Shown: positions 51,904 to 62,845, counted from the whole stretch's first letter. The stretch: DNA of 63,338 nucleotides, filler included, from Actinomycetota bacterium (GCA_046725875.1; 6 parts of 6 records of this genome joined end to end with filler, not necessarily neighbours in it); one strand, 5' to 3'. A program made the numbers and translations. Notes: generated from the letters alone by a model not told the origin.

Positions 51904-52545
51904 ATGAACGGCCACCAGGTCATGCGCGGTGCCGCCACCCGGCGGCGCCGCGCAGACGCCGAGCGCAGCATCGAGGCGATCCTCGATGCCGCCCAGGAGG
52001 CAGTGACGGCCACCGGCGACGTGACCATGGCGGCCATCGCCCGCTCCGCCGGACTGAGCCGAGTAACCCTCTACACCCACTTCCCGACCCGCGAGGCGCT
52101 GCTGGAGGCCGCGGCGAAGCGCGCACTCGCGCGCGCCGACGACGTCCTGTCCGAGATCCCACTGGACGGGCGGCCCACGGAGGCCTTGTCCCACCTGCTC
52201 CGCTCGTCCTGGCCGATCCTGGACCGGCATCGCAACCTCTACACCGTGGTTTCCACAGCGCTGCCACCACCGCGGCTGCGCGCCCTACACGATCCGGTTT
52301 TCGGCCGCATCGAGCAGCTGGTCGCCCGCGGTCAGGCCGACGGCGACTTCCGCACCGACCTACCCCTGACCTGGCTCCTCGCCACCATCTACAGCGTCCT
52401 CCACCAGGCCGCCGCAGAGGTGAACGCAGGCCGCCTGGTCGCCGACCAAGCGGGGGATGTCGTGGCCTCGACCGTGCTGGCCGTGCTCACCCACCGACCA
52501 GACCCCGTCCCCTATCCACATCAGCTCGATCGCAGTCCAGACTGA
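51904..52545 (+). CDS. TetR-family regulator
   Basis: RRADAERS, IARSAGLSRVTLYTHFPTREALL. Confidence 0.92.
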   Translation: MNGHQVMRGAATRRRRADAERSIEAILDAAQEAVTATGDVTMAAIARSAGLSRVTLYTHFPTREALLEAAAKRALARADDVLSEIPLDGRPTEALSHLLRSSWPILDRHRNLYTVVSTALPPPRLRALHDPVFGRIEQLVARGQADGDFRTDLPLTWLLATIYSVLHQAAAEVNAGRLVADQAGDVVASTVLAVLTHRPDPVPYPHQLDRSPD

Positions 52546-52641
52546 CTACCCCTCGAACCGCCCTCGTGTCCGTGGCTCCTTCCAACAGAAGACCATGCGG
52601 ATGGACCAACTTCCGCGGCTCCACATCGTCCGGCGGCGGAA

Positions 52642-53079
52642 TCAGGGCCGCGGCGGCAGATGAAAAGCCGGCCACAGCCACAAATCGAAGGTCGCGGCAG
52701 GCGTGGGTTCGAGCGCCATTCGAGCGGCTATGATTCCGCCATCCAGTGCCAGTACTTGAGGAACCGGGACGGCCTCACTCAGAACAGGTTCGATGCCGGA
52801 GCCGACGATGCTAGCCGCAGCGCGGTCCGTACCGATGCCGATGGAGAATTGCACCGCCGCGATCGGAAGCAGGGGGTCTCCAACGCCCGTTGTGATCAAC
52901 GTACCGGAGAACCGATCACGAAGTGGGCCGTCCTCGAGGGAATGATGAAGCTCGCCCATCCAAATGCTCCACGGCTCAACCCATCTGAGTTGGGCTCCGA
53001 CCACCGGTTGAGCTTCGTCCACAACGCCTGGCTTAGTCGTCCAATCAATTAGAGGCTGGAAGTGGGACATTCCCGGCAT
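52642..53079 (-). CDS. Hypothetical protein
   Basis: Globular-looking ORF with ATG after GGAGGAA; no recognisable motif. Confidence 0.45.
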   Translation of the reverse strand: MPGMSHFQPLIDWTTKPGVVDEAQPVVGAQLRWVEPWSIWMGELHHSLEDGPLRDRFSGTLITTGVGDPLLPIAAVQFSIGIGTDRAAASIVGSGIEPVLSEAVPVPQVLALDGGIIAARMALEPTPAATFDLWLWPAFHLPPRP

Positions 53080-53218
53080 CGGGCGTTCCTCCCTTGCGGC
53101 TTGTCTTATCGAGGAGCCAGCAGTGCGCCGTAATAGTAGCGGCATGTGGACGACTCGAGTCAGGTGTCCGCGATAGGAACCTTGTTGCGACGCCCCGTTC
53201 AGTGCCTCGCGGCCAACG

Positions 53219-56200
53219 TCAACGGCTAGTCCGCGTGCGTCTGCCTTGCCGGCGGTTGGGTGCCCCGTCGGCGGCCGCCTGCTGGGGCGGTTGTCCCATC
53301 TGCCGCCAGAAGCGTCTGAGGTCGGCTGGCAGCGTCCCCTGCCACGGCGCCGCCCGGCGCCGGATTGAGCCTCTGCCTAGAAGTACTTGCTGCTGGCGAC
53401 AGAACGCCTCGCTCAGCCCGCGGTAGTTCTCTTCGTCCTTCGGGGGATACGGGCAGAGCTCGAAGGGGCAGCCATCCTCGCAGTTGGATCCTGGCTCCGA
53501 CGTCGTGGCCATGCCGACGATACGTCCTGGATCGAGCGGAGATCGGTCGCCTGCGATGCATGGTGGCAAGAAGTTCCGGCTTGTTCGCAGGAGCCGCCGG
53601 TCGCGGTCGCTGGGCCGCCTGCCCCGCCCTGCGAGGTTCAGCAGCAAGAGCACATCGGCGAGGAGCTGCTGGGCGCGCGGATGAAGTGTCGTCCAGCCGG
53701 TCGACGGTGGGATCCAGAGGTTGTGCCGGCGCCACACTTCCTGACCGGCGGACCGGGACCCGACCCTGCTGAGGACACCGCTCTCGTCGATCCAGATGAA
53801 CCGGTCGGGTCGCCTGGTTTCCAAGGCCCACACGGCGAGTCGGCGGGCTTCGACGACGAATGGATGCTCCGACCGGCCTTCAGAATCGGCAACCCACCGA
53901 CCAACGAGCGCCTTGTGGTTTCGGTCGCGGCCACGATCCGGCTGGCGCCCGGCCGGGCCGTCCGGAAGCGCCCACAGACACAGCGCGTGGACGAGCGTAA
54001 GCCGCGAGAACCAGAAGTTCGTCCCGGCCAGCATCTCTTTGGCCCGCTCGGTCAGGTAGACCCGCGCCTCGGGCTGGGAATGGGGGTGGCGGTCGCGCCG
54101 GTTGGCCGCGTACTTGAACCCCTGTGCGAGCGCGACCTCACAGGACAGACGGAGGTCGAACGCCTCCGGCCGGTGGTCCCGCGCTCCCACGAACTTCAGC
54201 CACCGCTCGAGATTGACCCGGGCGGCCCGCACCAACTCGGGCCGGGTCACCGAACCAACGAGCAGGGGAGCCAACCATGCCCGAGTCACGCCATCGCGCC
54301 ATCGGCCCTCCTCGCCATCCGGGTCCTCGGCTGAACTTTGGGACTGTATGTCCGCCTCGGACCAGACCATGGCGTTTCGACGTGCGGCGGCATCGGCCGC
54401 CTGGGGCGCATCAGGCGGGCCAAGCACATCCTTCAACTCCTCGAACGCCTCATCACCCCCGGCGCCGATCTCCTCGGCGGCGGCCAGCCGCACCGAATGA
54501 AGACCCTCATGGAAGCTGAGGCGGCAGAGCTGCCGGTAGGCCGGTGCGGCTGCGCACTCCCTCGGCCCTCCACGTCGCCCGGCGATGGTCCTCGCCGCCT
54601 CCCCGAAGCGACGCACCAGATTGAGCTTGGCCTCCTCCCGCGTTCGCACCTCTCCGGCACGTATGTTCTTCCAGCACTTCTCGATCTGGTTGGCGATACT
54701 CCCGTGGGCGGGCGTCTCGTCGATGCTGTCGATCTCGAGCGCGGCGGCAAACAGGTCGAGGGCCTTTGCGTCTTCACGATGCGCGGCTGCATCGCAAAGC
54801 AGTTCCCGAAACTTCCGGAGCTGGGTGTCTGGTGTCGAAGTGGCGACACGAACCGGGCTGAACGCGTCGCGGGGCGTTGCCTGACCTCTGTCTCGCGACC
54901 GCATGACCAAAGCGAGGAGCATCTCCCGCCCCGGATCCTTCAAGGCAGTCTCTCGGTAGCCCGGATCGGACATGGCTTCGTCGATGAACCGGGAGCCGAG
55001 ATAGGCCTGCATGATGCTGTGAGGAAAACGCACACCGTTTGGATGCGCCTCCACAAGCCCGAGCTCGGTGCCCCAGGTGGCCGCGAGCCTCATGTCAACG
55101 CGTCGCCCGCGCTCGCTCATGCTCTGCCTCACGGCATTTACGATCGCCGAAGGTGGCTGCTTCGTCCTGAGCTCCTCGAATTCGTCGAATGTCACGTGCA
55201 ACCGGTCCCGGCCAAGCCCGATGCATGCCAGCGCCGACAACTGCTCGACGGCCGCCTCACGGTCCGCCCGCGTCAGCGGCACACCCGCCGGGAAGTGACC
55301 GCCCAGTAGCCCGTTCATCCAGGTCTGGAGGAGGCGCAGCCGAAGCTCCGACCGGTCCACTCCACGCGTGTCCAACTGCCCGGATCTCCGCCTCGACACG
55401 TACCCCATCAGTTGGGATCTGTGCAGCTGGCGGGTGATTTGGAGATACAACGGGGCGTCGGCCACATTGGCCGTCTCAACGATCCAGCCGAGGCGGCGCA
55501 TGTCCTCCGACGTATCGCTCGGCTCCAGGTACTCGATGGCGGCCTCCTCGCTCAGCGGTTCCAGCTCGACGATGGTCGCGAGCGTTCCGCGGAGGGGGTC
55601 GTGGGGTCGGGAGGCTACGACCAACGGCAGCCGGTCGTTGTGTGCCCGACGAATGGCGAGGCGAATGAGGTTGTTGCGGTCACGCTCGGCGCTGCCTTCG
55701 ATGAGGGCCTCCTCCAGTCCGTCTGCCAGCACCACGATCCGGCCCTCCCTCCGGAGCTGGCGCCAGACCTTCTCGCCCTCGGCTCGCGACACCAGGCCAC
55801 CGTCCGTGTCCGCGATGAACTGCCGGTGCGCGAGCTCGCCGAAGTCCAACTTCTCCTGGGCGTCCCGCAGTCGGATGGGCACCGGGACGGCTCCACGCTC
55901 GGCCAGCACCTGGGTGAGCCGGACGAGGAAGGCGGTCTTGCCCGTCCCCACACCGCCGATGACCACGTGCGGCCGTCGGGTCGCGGGATCACGCAGGTTC
56001 TGCATCATCACATGGCACAGCTCGTCCCGGCCGACGACATCGCCGATGATGGTGCCGGCAGTCGGCACTAGTTCCTGTGGCTGTTCCACCGCCCGGCGGA
56101 GGTAGGGCCGGCGAACGAGCCAGAGCCGAACCAGGAGGAACACCGCAGAGGCTAGTGCGAGAGACAAGACCGGCCCGAGAGTCCCGGCCAAGGCGTCGCA

Positions 56201-56632
56201 GGAAAAGCTCGTCTCCCGGCACGCGGTGTCCAGATCGAGCGGGACCTCCGGGTGCCTACCGAACAACACCGCGAACGACGCCCTGGCGACCCACAAAACG
56301 AATACAACGGCGGTTAGGTAGATGAGAAACTTGGCCGCCCTCACCGGTGGACTGCTCCCGCGCCAGCTCCTTAGCCCTTTAACGCCGGGACGCCCCCTTC
56401 GCGTTAAACGGGATCTGAGCAACTGCCTGACCGGACGGGACAGCCGCCCCATGCGCCGCAACCGGAGTCGCAAGGGGCCTGCCGTCGTGTGTCGCCGGAA
56501 TCTACGCGGCGGGCGATCCCGGCTGCCCGAGCTCACTGCATCCACCCCCTGCCGGGGATTCCCGGACGCGTCATGGTCAGATCGTCCGGTGCGTACGGAC
56601 TTCTGCCGCCACGCCCGCGGTCCCGGCGTCAC
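53219..56632 (-). CDS. Membrane-anchored NACHT/STAND-like P-loop NTPase (~1050-1137 aa)
   Basis: Two N-terminal TM helices; Walker A GGVGTGKT; Walker B IVVLADGLEE; VVASRP; PLYL; FPHSIMQAYL; start may be 56452 or later. Confidence 0.82.
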   Translation of the reverse strand: MTPGPRAWRQKSVRTGRSDHDASGNPRQGVDAVSSGSRDRPPRRFRRHTTAGPLRLRLRRMGRLSRPVRQLLRSRLTRRGRPGVKGLRSWRGSSPPVRAAKFLIYLTAVVFVLWVARASFAVLFGRHPEVPLDLDTACRETSFSCDALAGTLGPVLSLALASAVFLLVRLWLVRRPYLRRAVEQPQELVPTAGTIIGDVVGRDELCHVMMQNLRDPATRRPHVVIGGVGTGKTAFLVRLTQVLAERGAVPVPIRLRDAQEKLDFGELAHRQFIADTDGGLVSRAEGEKVWRQLRREGRIVVLADGLEEALIEGSAERDRNNLIRLAIRRAHNDRLPLVVASRPHDPLRGTLATIVELEPLSEEAAIEYLEPSDTSEDMRRLGWIVETANVADAPLYLQITRQLHRSQLMGYVSRRRSGQLDTRGVDRSELRLRLLQTWMNGLLGGHFPAGVPLTRADREAAVEQLSALACIGLGRDRLHVTFDEFEELRTKQPPSAIVNAVRQSMSERGRRVDMRLAATWGTELGLVEAHPNGVRFPHSIMQAYLGSRFIDEAMSDPGYRETALKDPGREMLLALVMRSRDRGQATPRDAFSPVRVATSTPDTQLRKFRELLCDAAAHREDAKALDLFAAALEIDSIDETPAHGSIANQIEKCWKNIRAGEVRTREEAKLNLVRRFGEAARTIAGRRGGPRECAAAPAYRQLCRLSFHEGLHSVRLAAAEEIGAGGDEAFEELKDVLGPPDAPQAADAAARRNAMVWSEADIQSQSSAEDPDGEEGRWRDGVTRAWLAPLLVGSVTRPELVRAARVNLERWLKFVGARDHRPEAFDLRLSCEVALAQGFKYAANRRDRHPHSQPEARVYLTERAKEMLAGTNFWFSRLTLVHALCLWALPDGPAGRQPDRGRDRNHKALVGRWVADSEGRSEHPFVVEARRLAVWALETRRPDRFIWIDESGVLSRVGSRSAGQEVWRRHNLWIPPSTGWTTLHPRAQQLLADVLLLLNLAGRGRRPSDRDRRLLRTSRNFLPPCIAGDRSPLDPGRIVGMATTSEPGSNCEDGCPFELCPYPPKDEENYRGLSEAFCRQQQVLLGRGSIRRRAAPWQGTLPADLRRFWRQMGQPPQQAAADGAPNRRQGRRTRTSR

Positions 56633-56970
56633 GCTGTCGAAAGCGGCGATCCATCGCGGCCACCACTCTGAGTAACGTCGACTCTTCGAAGTGTAAATCC
56701 GTGCTCATGGACGAGCAACGATCGCCGGTTGGTGGGGCTGGGCGCCGCGCGCAGTCGCTTAAGTACCCGGTCGACCGTCGTGGCGAATGTGCGGTGCTCC
56801 TCGATTCCTGGCTGAAGAGGCGCGAACCCGCTGTTGGGCACGTTCTCGGGAGCCGCTACCTAGGCCTGGCCACCAACCCATTCTCCCGAGGCGAGGCCGA
56901 GCGCGAGTGGCCCCTGGTGGCCCTGACAGCGCTGTGGTCGACTCACGGACGGGTAGACCGGCTGCGCCTG

Positions 56971-57001
56971 GATGAGAGGGGCGGACTACGCCCCTCTCAT
57001 C
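56971..57001. terminator. Perfect 13-bp hairpin downstream of the cupin gene
   Basis: GATGAGAGGGGCG-GACTA-CGCCCCTCTCATC. Confidence 0.65.
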
Positions 57002-57067
57002 TTGAAACGACCACCGCAACGCCCGCGGCAAACCGCGAGCCATACGCACGATCCTGGTGCCCGCCGG

Positions 57068-57436
57068 TCAACGGTAGGCGAACGGGGAATCGGGCGGCGG
57101 TGGATCGAACGGAGGCGAGGTGGCCGAGACGTAGACCAGCGCTTCCTGACCGGTGTTCCGGATCGAGTGCGGCGTCGCCGGCGGGACCAGCACGAGCGTC
57201 CCGGCCTCCACCTCTTGACGCTCATCGCCAACGAGCATCAGGCCGTGGCCGGCGATGATCACATAGACCTGCTCACTCTCGGGATGTTCGTGCTGTTGCT
57301 GCTCGCTCCCCGGAGCACCGGTCACCCAGGTGATGGCGAGATGCTCGGAGCCAAAGTCCCCCTTCCCCATCAGGAGATAGGAGACTTGACCCCCGCGCTC
57401 ATTGCGAAGCGCCTCGTCGAGGCGACGCGTAAGCAT
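57068..57436 (-). CDS. Cupin-2 domain protein
   Basis: HEHPESEQVYVIIAGHG..VPPATPHSIRNTG. Confidence 0.88.
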   Translation of the reverse strand: MLTRRLDEALRNERGGQVSYLLMGKGDFGSEHLAITWVTGAPGSEQQQHEHPESEQVYVIIAGHGLMLVGDERQEVEAGTLVLVPPATPHSIRNTGQEALVYVSATSPPFDPPPPDSPFAYR

Positions 57437-57524
57437 CGCTCCCTCCTTCCCGTACCGCCGATGGAGCGTCCCCACCGGTCGCCGCGTCGTCCGGCGAGGA
57501 CGCAAGGTTGAGGCGGTCCGGCGG

Positions 57525-58262
57525 TTAGCTTGCCGGGCGCAGGACGCCGAGCAGCCCGTGGGTTTCCTCGTCGGGGCCGGCGCTGAACCAGACCGCGTCG
57601 GTGCCGCCGCTGTTGGCGGTTCCCGGCAGTAGTGCCCACAGGCCGTCGATGGCGATGACGTCGTTGTCGCGGTCGCGGAGGAAGCCGAGGTACTCGCCAC
57701 CGTCGGTGTACGCACCGATCTTCCCGTCGCCGAAGTTGCCAACCAGCAGCGCGCCGGCGTACTTGCCGAAGCTGGCCGGCGCGATGGTCAGGCCCCAGGG
57801 CGCGTTGAGGTTGCCGCGGCTGGCGATCCGCTGCACGGTCTGGCCGAAGTCGGTGTACTTGTCCACGAACCCGAGGTTATGGCCGGCGACCTCCTCCTCG
57901 CCGCCCTCGCCCTGCAGGGCGTAGGCGACGTAGACCGCGCCGCCCAGGACCTGCACGTTGAACGGGGCGTAGCCGGCCGGCAGGTCCGGGTCGGTGAACG
58001 CCGAGCCGAGGTCGACCCGGTTCCAGGTGGCGTCGAAGATGTCGATCCGGGCGTGCCGGAAGTCCGCCGCGAGCAGGAACGGGCCGCCGGGTGTCTGCAG
58101 CAGCGCGAGCCCGGTGTAGATAGCGTCGGCGGAGTGCGCGGCTACCACCGCGGTCGTCCCGTTGGCCGGGTTCCACCCGGTGAGGTCGCCGGTCTGGCTG
58201 TCGAAGATGAACACTGCTGGGCGGGGGCCGAGCGGCGTTGGCACCTGGAAGCCAGTCGTGCC
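57525..58262 (-). CDS. TIGR03118-family protein, 5'-partial
   Basis: AIYTGLA, GYAPFNVQ, LNAPWG, LLVGNFGDG, IDGLW, FSAGPDEETHGL. Confidence 0.85.
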   Translation of the reverse strand, partial: GTTGFQVPTPLGPRPAVFIFDSQTGDLTGWNPANGTTAVVAAHSADAIYTGLALLQTPGGPFLLAADFRHARIDIFDATWNRVDLGSAFTDPDLPAGYAPFNVQVLGGAVYVAYALQGEGGEEEVAGHNLGFVDKYTDFGQTVQRIASRGNLNAPWGLTIAPASFGKYAGALLVGNFGDGKIGAYTDGGEYLGFLRDRDNDVIAIDGLWALLPGTANSGGTDAVWFSAGPDEETHGLLGVLRPAS

Positions 58263-58362
58263 NNNNNNNNNNNNNNNNNNNNNNNNNNNNNNNNNNNNNN
58301 NNNNNNTTAATTAATTAANNNNNNNNNNNNNNNNNNNNNNNNNNNNNNNNNNNNNNNNNNNN
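58263..58362. other. Artificial contig spacer
   Basis: N-run with TTAATTAATTAA. Confidence 0.99.
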
Positions 58363-58533
58363 TGATGCAGCACTGCCACAGCTTGATCAAGAAAACTGCT
58401 TCAGCGCTGCAGAGATGCCATCGCTCGATCGCGGCTCGCGCAATGGCCCAATGTGTGACGTCGGCAAGGGAGCAAGGCGTCAGAACGGATGAGTGGGTCG
58501 GCGACCCTGCCACCGTCCGGCTAAGGAGCATCG

Positions 58534-58962
58534 ATGGCGACCGACGAGGAGTTCACGAAGTTTGCGGCGGCGCGTAGCGGCTCGCTCTTCCGGACCGCTT
58601 GTCTGCTCTGCGGAGACCCGCACCTGGCCGAGGACCTCGTACAGATCACTCTCGCCAAGCTCTTCGCCTCCTGGCATCGAGTGTGCCGATCAAGCAATCC
58701 GGCCGCATACGCGCGTACAACACCGGTTCGCGCATTTGTCAGCCATCGCCGGCTGAGGCGTGCCAGCGAGGCGCCAGCCGGGATACTTCCGGACCGGCCA
58801 GGAACCGAGTCCGACCATGCGCTCCGGATCGCGCTCCTCGCCGCGCTGCGCGATCTCCGTCCAGTGGACCGGGCCGTCGTGGTGCTCCGCTACTGGGAGG
58901 ACCTGAGTGTCAAGGAGGTCGCAGCGGAGCTGCTTGGATCTGCTCCAAGTCGTCAGTGGTGA
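58534..58962 (+). pseudogene. SigE-family ECF sigma factor truncated within region 4
   Basis: AEDLVQITLAKL..W, RAVVVLRYWEDLSVKEVAAEL; recognition helix missing after about 58932. Confidence 0.75.
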
Positions 58963-59079
58963 GCTCGAGATCTAGCGCGCAAGGCGCCTCGGTCAACCGA
59001 TCACGTCGGCGGGCGGTGTCGAGCAGCGTGATCCCGGCATCGAGGGCTGCCCGGATCGTGGCGATCGACTCCGCTTCAT
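58930..59079 (-). pseudogene. Aldo/keto reductase remnant with internal deletion
   Basis: My translation: [22 protein letters not shown] joined to [28 protein letters not shown]. Confidence 0.72.
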
Positions 59080-59158
59080 GGGTCCCTTCTACCTAGCTGC
59101 AACCGGTCGATACGTGTACGCGAAGATGGCAGGGTCTGCGATTACGGAGGTGATCGAC

Positions 59159-61531
59159 ATGCCCGCTGCCCGGCCGCTTGCCAAGGACGAACTGCGGCGG
59201 ATCGATGCGCATTGGAAGGCGGCCAACTATCTGTCGGTCGGCCAGATCTATCTCCTCGACAACCCGCTGCTAAAAGAGCCGCTGCGGCGCGAGCACATCA
59301 AGCCCCGCCTGTTGGGCCACTGGGGCACCACGCCCGGGCTCAACCTCGTCTATACGCACCTCAGCCGGCTGATCAAGCTGTACGACCTGAACATGATGTA
59401 CGTGATCGGCCCGGGACACGGCGGTCCCGGGATCCTTGCGAACACCTGGCTCGAGGGCACCTACAGCGAGGTCTATCCAAACGTGCCGCAGAACGAGATG
59501 GGGATGCAGCGTCTCTTCCGGCAATTCTCCTTCCCGGGCGGCGTGCCCAGCCACGTTGCGGCCGAGACGCCGGGGTCGATCCACGAGGGTGGGGAACTCG
59601 GCTATTCGCTTGCGCACGCCTTCGGCGCCGCATTCGACAACCCAGACCTACTTGTTGCATGCGTCGTGGGCGACGGGGAGGCGGAGACCGGTCCACTCGC
59701 CGCGAGCTGGCACTCCAACAAGTTCCTCAATCCGGTCCGCGACGGGGCAGTGCTGCCGATCCTGCACCTGAACGGATACAAGATCGCCAATCCCACGGTT
59801 CTGGCCCGCATTCCAGAGGACGAGCTCGACGCGTTGCTCCGCGGCTACGGCTACAGCCCCCGAGTCGTCGCCGCCGACGACCCACGAGTCGTACACCAAC
59901 TGATGGCCGCCGCACTCGACCAGACCATCACTGAGATCCAGGAGATCCAGAAGGTGGCGCGGAGCGGCAAGCGTGGCCAGCATGGCCGCCCCCACTGGCC
60001 GATGATCGTCTTGCGGACTCCGAAAGGCTGGACCGGGCCCGCCGAGGTCGACGGGGTTCCGGTGGAGGGCACCTGGCGCTCGCATCAGGTTCCGCTTGCG
60101 GCAGTGCGAGAGAACCCAGCCCACCTCGCCATGCTCGAAGCATGGATGCGCAGCTACCGTCCAGAGAAGCTGTTCGACGACGAGGGCCGACCGAGAGCCG
60201 AGCTCGTCGACTGGCTGCCCTCGGGGTCGCGCCGGATGGGCACGAACCCGCACGCGAACGGCGGGATGTTGCTTCGAGACCTGGTCATGCCGTCGTTCGG
60301 CGATTACGCGGTGCCAGTCGACAAACCGGGCTCTTCGCAGTCCGAGCCCACCCGAGTGCTGGGCCGCATGCTGCGCGACGTCATGCGGCTGAACGCCGAT
60401 CAGCGGAACTTCCGCCTGCTCGGGCCGGACGAGACCGAGTCGAACCGCCTCGGCGCCGTCTATGAGGTGACGGACAAGGCGTGGGAGGCCGAGCTACTAC
60501 CGACCGACGAGCACCTCGGTGCAGTCGGCCGCGTGATGGAGGTCCTCAGCGAGCACACCTGCCAAGGCTGGCTCGAGGGCTATCTGCTGACCGGTCGGCA
60601 TGGCCTGTTCTCGTGCTATGAGGCCTTCATCCACATCGTCGACTCGATGTTCAACCAGCACGCCAAGTGGCTGAAGGTCAGCCGCGGCCTCGGCTGGCGC
60701 CAGCCGATCGCATCGCTCAACTACCTGCTCACCTCGCACGTCTGGCGGCAGGACCATAACGGGTTCTCCCACCAAGACCCAGGCTTCATAGACCACGTAG
60801 TGAACAAGAAGGCGGAGGTGGTCCGCGTCTACCTGCCGCCCGACACCAACACCCTGCTGTCCGTCGCTGACCATTGCCTGCGCAGCCGCAGCTACGTCAA
60901 CGTGATCCTGGCCGGTAAGAACATGACCCCGGACTGGCTGGACATCGATTCCGCGATCCTGCACTGCACTCGTGGTGCCGGGATCTGGGAATGGGCAAGT
61001 ACCGACAGCGATGGCGACCCGGATGTGGTGCTCGCCTGTGCCGGAGATGTGCCGACACTCGAGGTGATGGCCGCGACGTCACTGCTACGCGAGCATCTTC
61101 CCGAGCTGAAGGTCCGAGTCGTAAATGTCGTGGATCTGATGCGCTTGCAGCCGGAGTCCGAGCATCCGCACGGGATGAGCGACACCGAGTTCGACGCCAT
61201 CTTCACGACCGACCGTCCGGTGGTGTTCGCCTACCACGGCTACCCATGGTTGATTCACCGCCTCACTTACCGGCGTACCAACCACAAGAACCTGCACGTG
61301 CGCGGCTACAAGGAAGAAGGCACCACGACCACGCCCTTCGACATGGTCGTGATGAACGACATGGACCGCTTCCACCTCGTGCTGGACGTCATCGACCGGG
61401 TTCCAGGGCTGGGACCCCGTGCCGCCCGGGTCCGGCAGCTGATGGAGGACAAGCGAATCCAGCACCGCGCCTGGACGAGACAGTACGGCGAGGACCTGCC
61501 TGAGGTGCGGTCCTGGACCTGGTCGTACTGA
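59159..61531 (+). CDS. xfp: Phosphoketolase
   Basis: [47 protein letters not shown]. Confidence 0.97.
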   Translation: MPAARPLAKDELRRIDAHWKAANYLSVGQIYLLDNPLLKEPLRREHIKPRLLGHWGTTPGLNLVYTHLSRLIKLYDLNMMYVIGPGHGGPGILANTWLEGTYSEVYPNVPQNEMGMQRLFRQFSFPGGVPSHVAAETPGSIHEGGELGYSLAHAFGAAFDNPDLLVACVVGDGEAETGPLAASWHSNKFLNPVRDGAVLPILHLNGYKIANPTVLARIPEDELDALLRGYGYSPRVVAADDPRVVHQLMAAALDQTITEIQEIQKVARSGKRGQHGRPHWPMIVLRTPKGWTGPAEVDGVPVEGTWRSHQVPLAAVRENPAHLAMLEAWMRSYRPEKLFDDEGRPRAELVDWLPSGSRRMGTNPHANGGMLLRDLVMPSFGDYAVPVDKPGSSQSEPTRVLGRMLRDVMRLNADQRNFRLLGPDETESNRLGAVYEVTDKAWEAELLPTDEHLGAVGRVMEVLSEHTCQGWLEGYLLTGRHGLFSCYEAFIHIVDSMFNQHAKWLKVSRGLGWRQPIASLNYLLTSHVWRQDHNGFSHQDPGFIDHVVNKKAEVVRVYLPPDTNTLLSVADHCLRSRSYVNVILAGKNMTPDWLDIDSAILHCTRGAGIWEWASTDSDGDPDVVLACAGDVPTLEVMAATSLLREHLPELKVRVVNVVDLMRLQPESEHPHGMSDTEFDAIFTTDRPVVFAYHGYPWLIHRLTYRRTNHKNLHVRGYKEEGTTTTPFDMVVMNDMDRFHLVLDVIDRVPGLGPRAARVRQLMEDKRIQHRAWTRQYGEDLPEVRSWTWSY

Positions 61532-61550
61532 CAGCGCAGACTCTTCGCCG

Positions 61551-62684
61551 ATGCGTATTCTCGTCGTCAATGCTGGGTCGAGGACGCTCAAGCTTGCCGT
61601 TCTCGACGAGCACAACGCGGTAGTCGGTTCAAGCACGATCGAACCCTGGGCCGCGGGAAAGGACAACCAGCCGATCACGAAATTCATCGAGCAGCATGCA
61701 CCAGTCGATGCTGCCGGGCATCGAATCGTGCATGGCGGGCCTCGGTTCGCTGGGCCTGTGGTGCTCTCTCGACAGGTGATCGATGAGCTTGCGGCACTGA
61801 CCGAACTGGCGCCGCTGCATCAACCCCCCGCGTTGGCCGCGGTCGATGCGGTCGGTGCCGCTCTCCCGGGAGCTCCGATGGTCGGTTGTTTCGACACGGC
61901 GTTCCATCGGTCACTTCCGGCCGCGGCCGCGACCTACGCGCTGCCGATGGCCTGGCAGGAACGCTTTGGCCTTCGCCGGTACGGCTTCCACGGCCTGTCC
62001 CATGCATACGCCTCCCGCCGCGCGGCCGAGCTGGTCGGTCGCCCTCCGGCCGACCTGAGAATCGTCACATGTCACCTCGGCGCGGGAGCGTCGCTGTGTG
62101 CGGTCGCGAGTGGAGTGTCGGTCGACACGACGATGGGATTCACGCCCCTCGAGGGGGTGGTGATGGCCACCAGGTCCGGCAGCGTAGATCCTGGCCTGCT
62201 TGTCTGGCTGATCCAACGAGGGGGGATCAATGTCGATGAGCTCTCTGACAGGCTGGAGCATTCGTCCGGCCTCGCCGGTCTGACGTCGACGTCGGGCGAC
62301 ATGCGAGAGGTGGTTGCGGCCATGAACGCCGGGCAGCCCGCAGCCACCCTTGCTTGGGATGTCTACGTCCACCGGCTGCGCAGTGGCATCGCCGCGATGG
62401 CCGCGGCGATGGATGGGCTCGATGCTCTCGCTTTTACCGGTGGCGTGGCTGAGCACCAACCAAGACTGCGCCAGGCCGCAGCAACCGGTCTGGCCTTCCT
62501 TGGTGTTGCACTCGACGCAGAGGCCAATGGCCGCACATTCGGCGACGGCGACGTGGGCGACCAATCTGCGAAGACGCGCACTGTCGTCGTTACCGCACGC
62601 GAGGATCTGGAGATCGCCGATCAGGTCCGGGAGTGCCTGCGTGGCCAGGTAAACCACGATGACCCGGACCGAGCCCGTCAGTGA
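61551..62684 (+). CDS. ackA: Acetate kinase
   Basis: VNAGSRTLK, GHRIVHGG, FDTAFH, YGFHGLSH, MGFTPLEG. Confidence 0.95.
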   Translation: MRILVVNAGSRTLKLAVLDEHNAVVGSSTIEPWAAGKDNQPITKFIEQHAPVDAAGHRIVHGGPRFAGPVVLSRQVIDELAALTELAPLHQPPALAAVDAVGAALPGAPMVGCFDTAFHRSLPAAAATYALPMAWQERFGLRRYGFHGLSHAYASRRAAELVGRPPADLRIVTCHLGAGASLCAVASGVSVDTTMGFTPLEGVVMATRSGSVDPGLLVWLIQRGGINVDELSDRLEHSSGLAGLTSTSGDMREVVAAMNAGQPAATLAWDVYVHRLRSGIAAMAAAMDGLDALAFTGGVAEHQPRLRQAAATGLAFLGVALDAEANGRTFGDGDVGDQSAKTRTVVVTAREDLEIADQVRECLRGQVNHDDPDRARQ

Positions 62685-62845
62685 CGACGTTCGGACGGTT
62701 CCAGATGTCAACCCTGCGTGAGGTCTGACGTCGACTCAGACCGGTCGCTCTGGTAGGAGTACATGCTCGACCGGGCGTTCGCCTCGGCCAGGCCGGCCCG
62801 CACCGGACTGCGATGGAGTGGGAGCGAAGAAAGGAGGTGTTTAGC

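Noticed and set aside
53182..53205. TGTTGCGACGCCCCGTTCAG resembling an IS end
   Set aside because: No partner repeat or transposase seen
16507..58362. Five TTAATTAATTAA repeats inside N-runs
   Set aside because: Identical 100-nt artificial joins; not biological, and ORFs crossing them are artefacts
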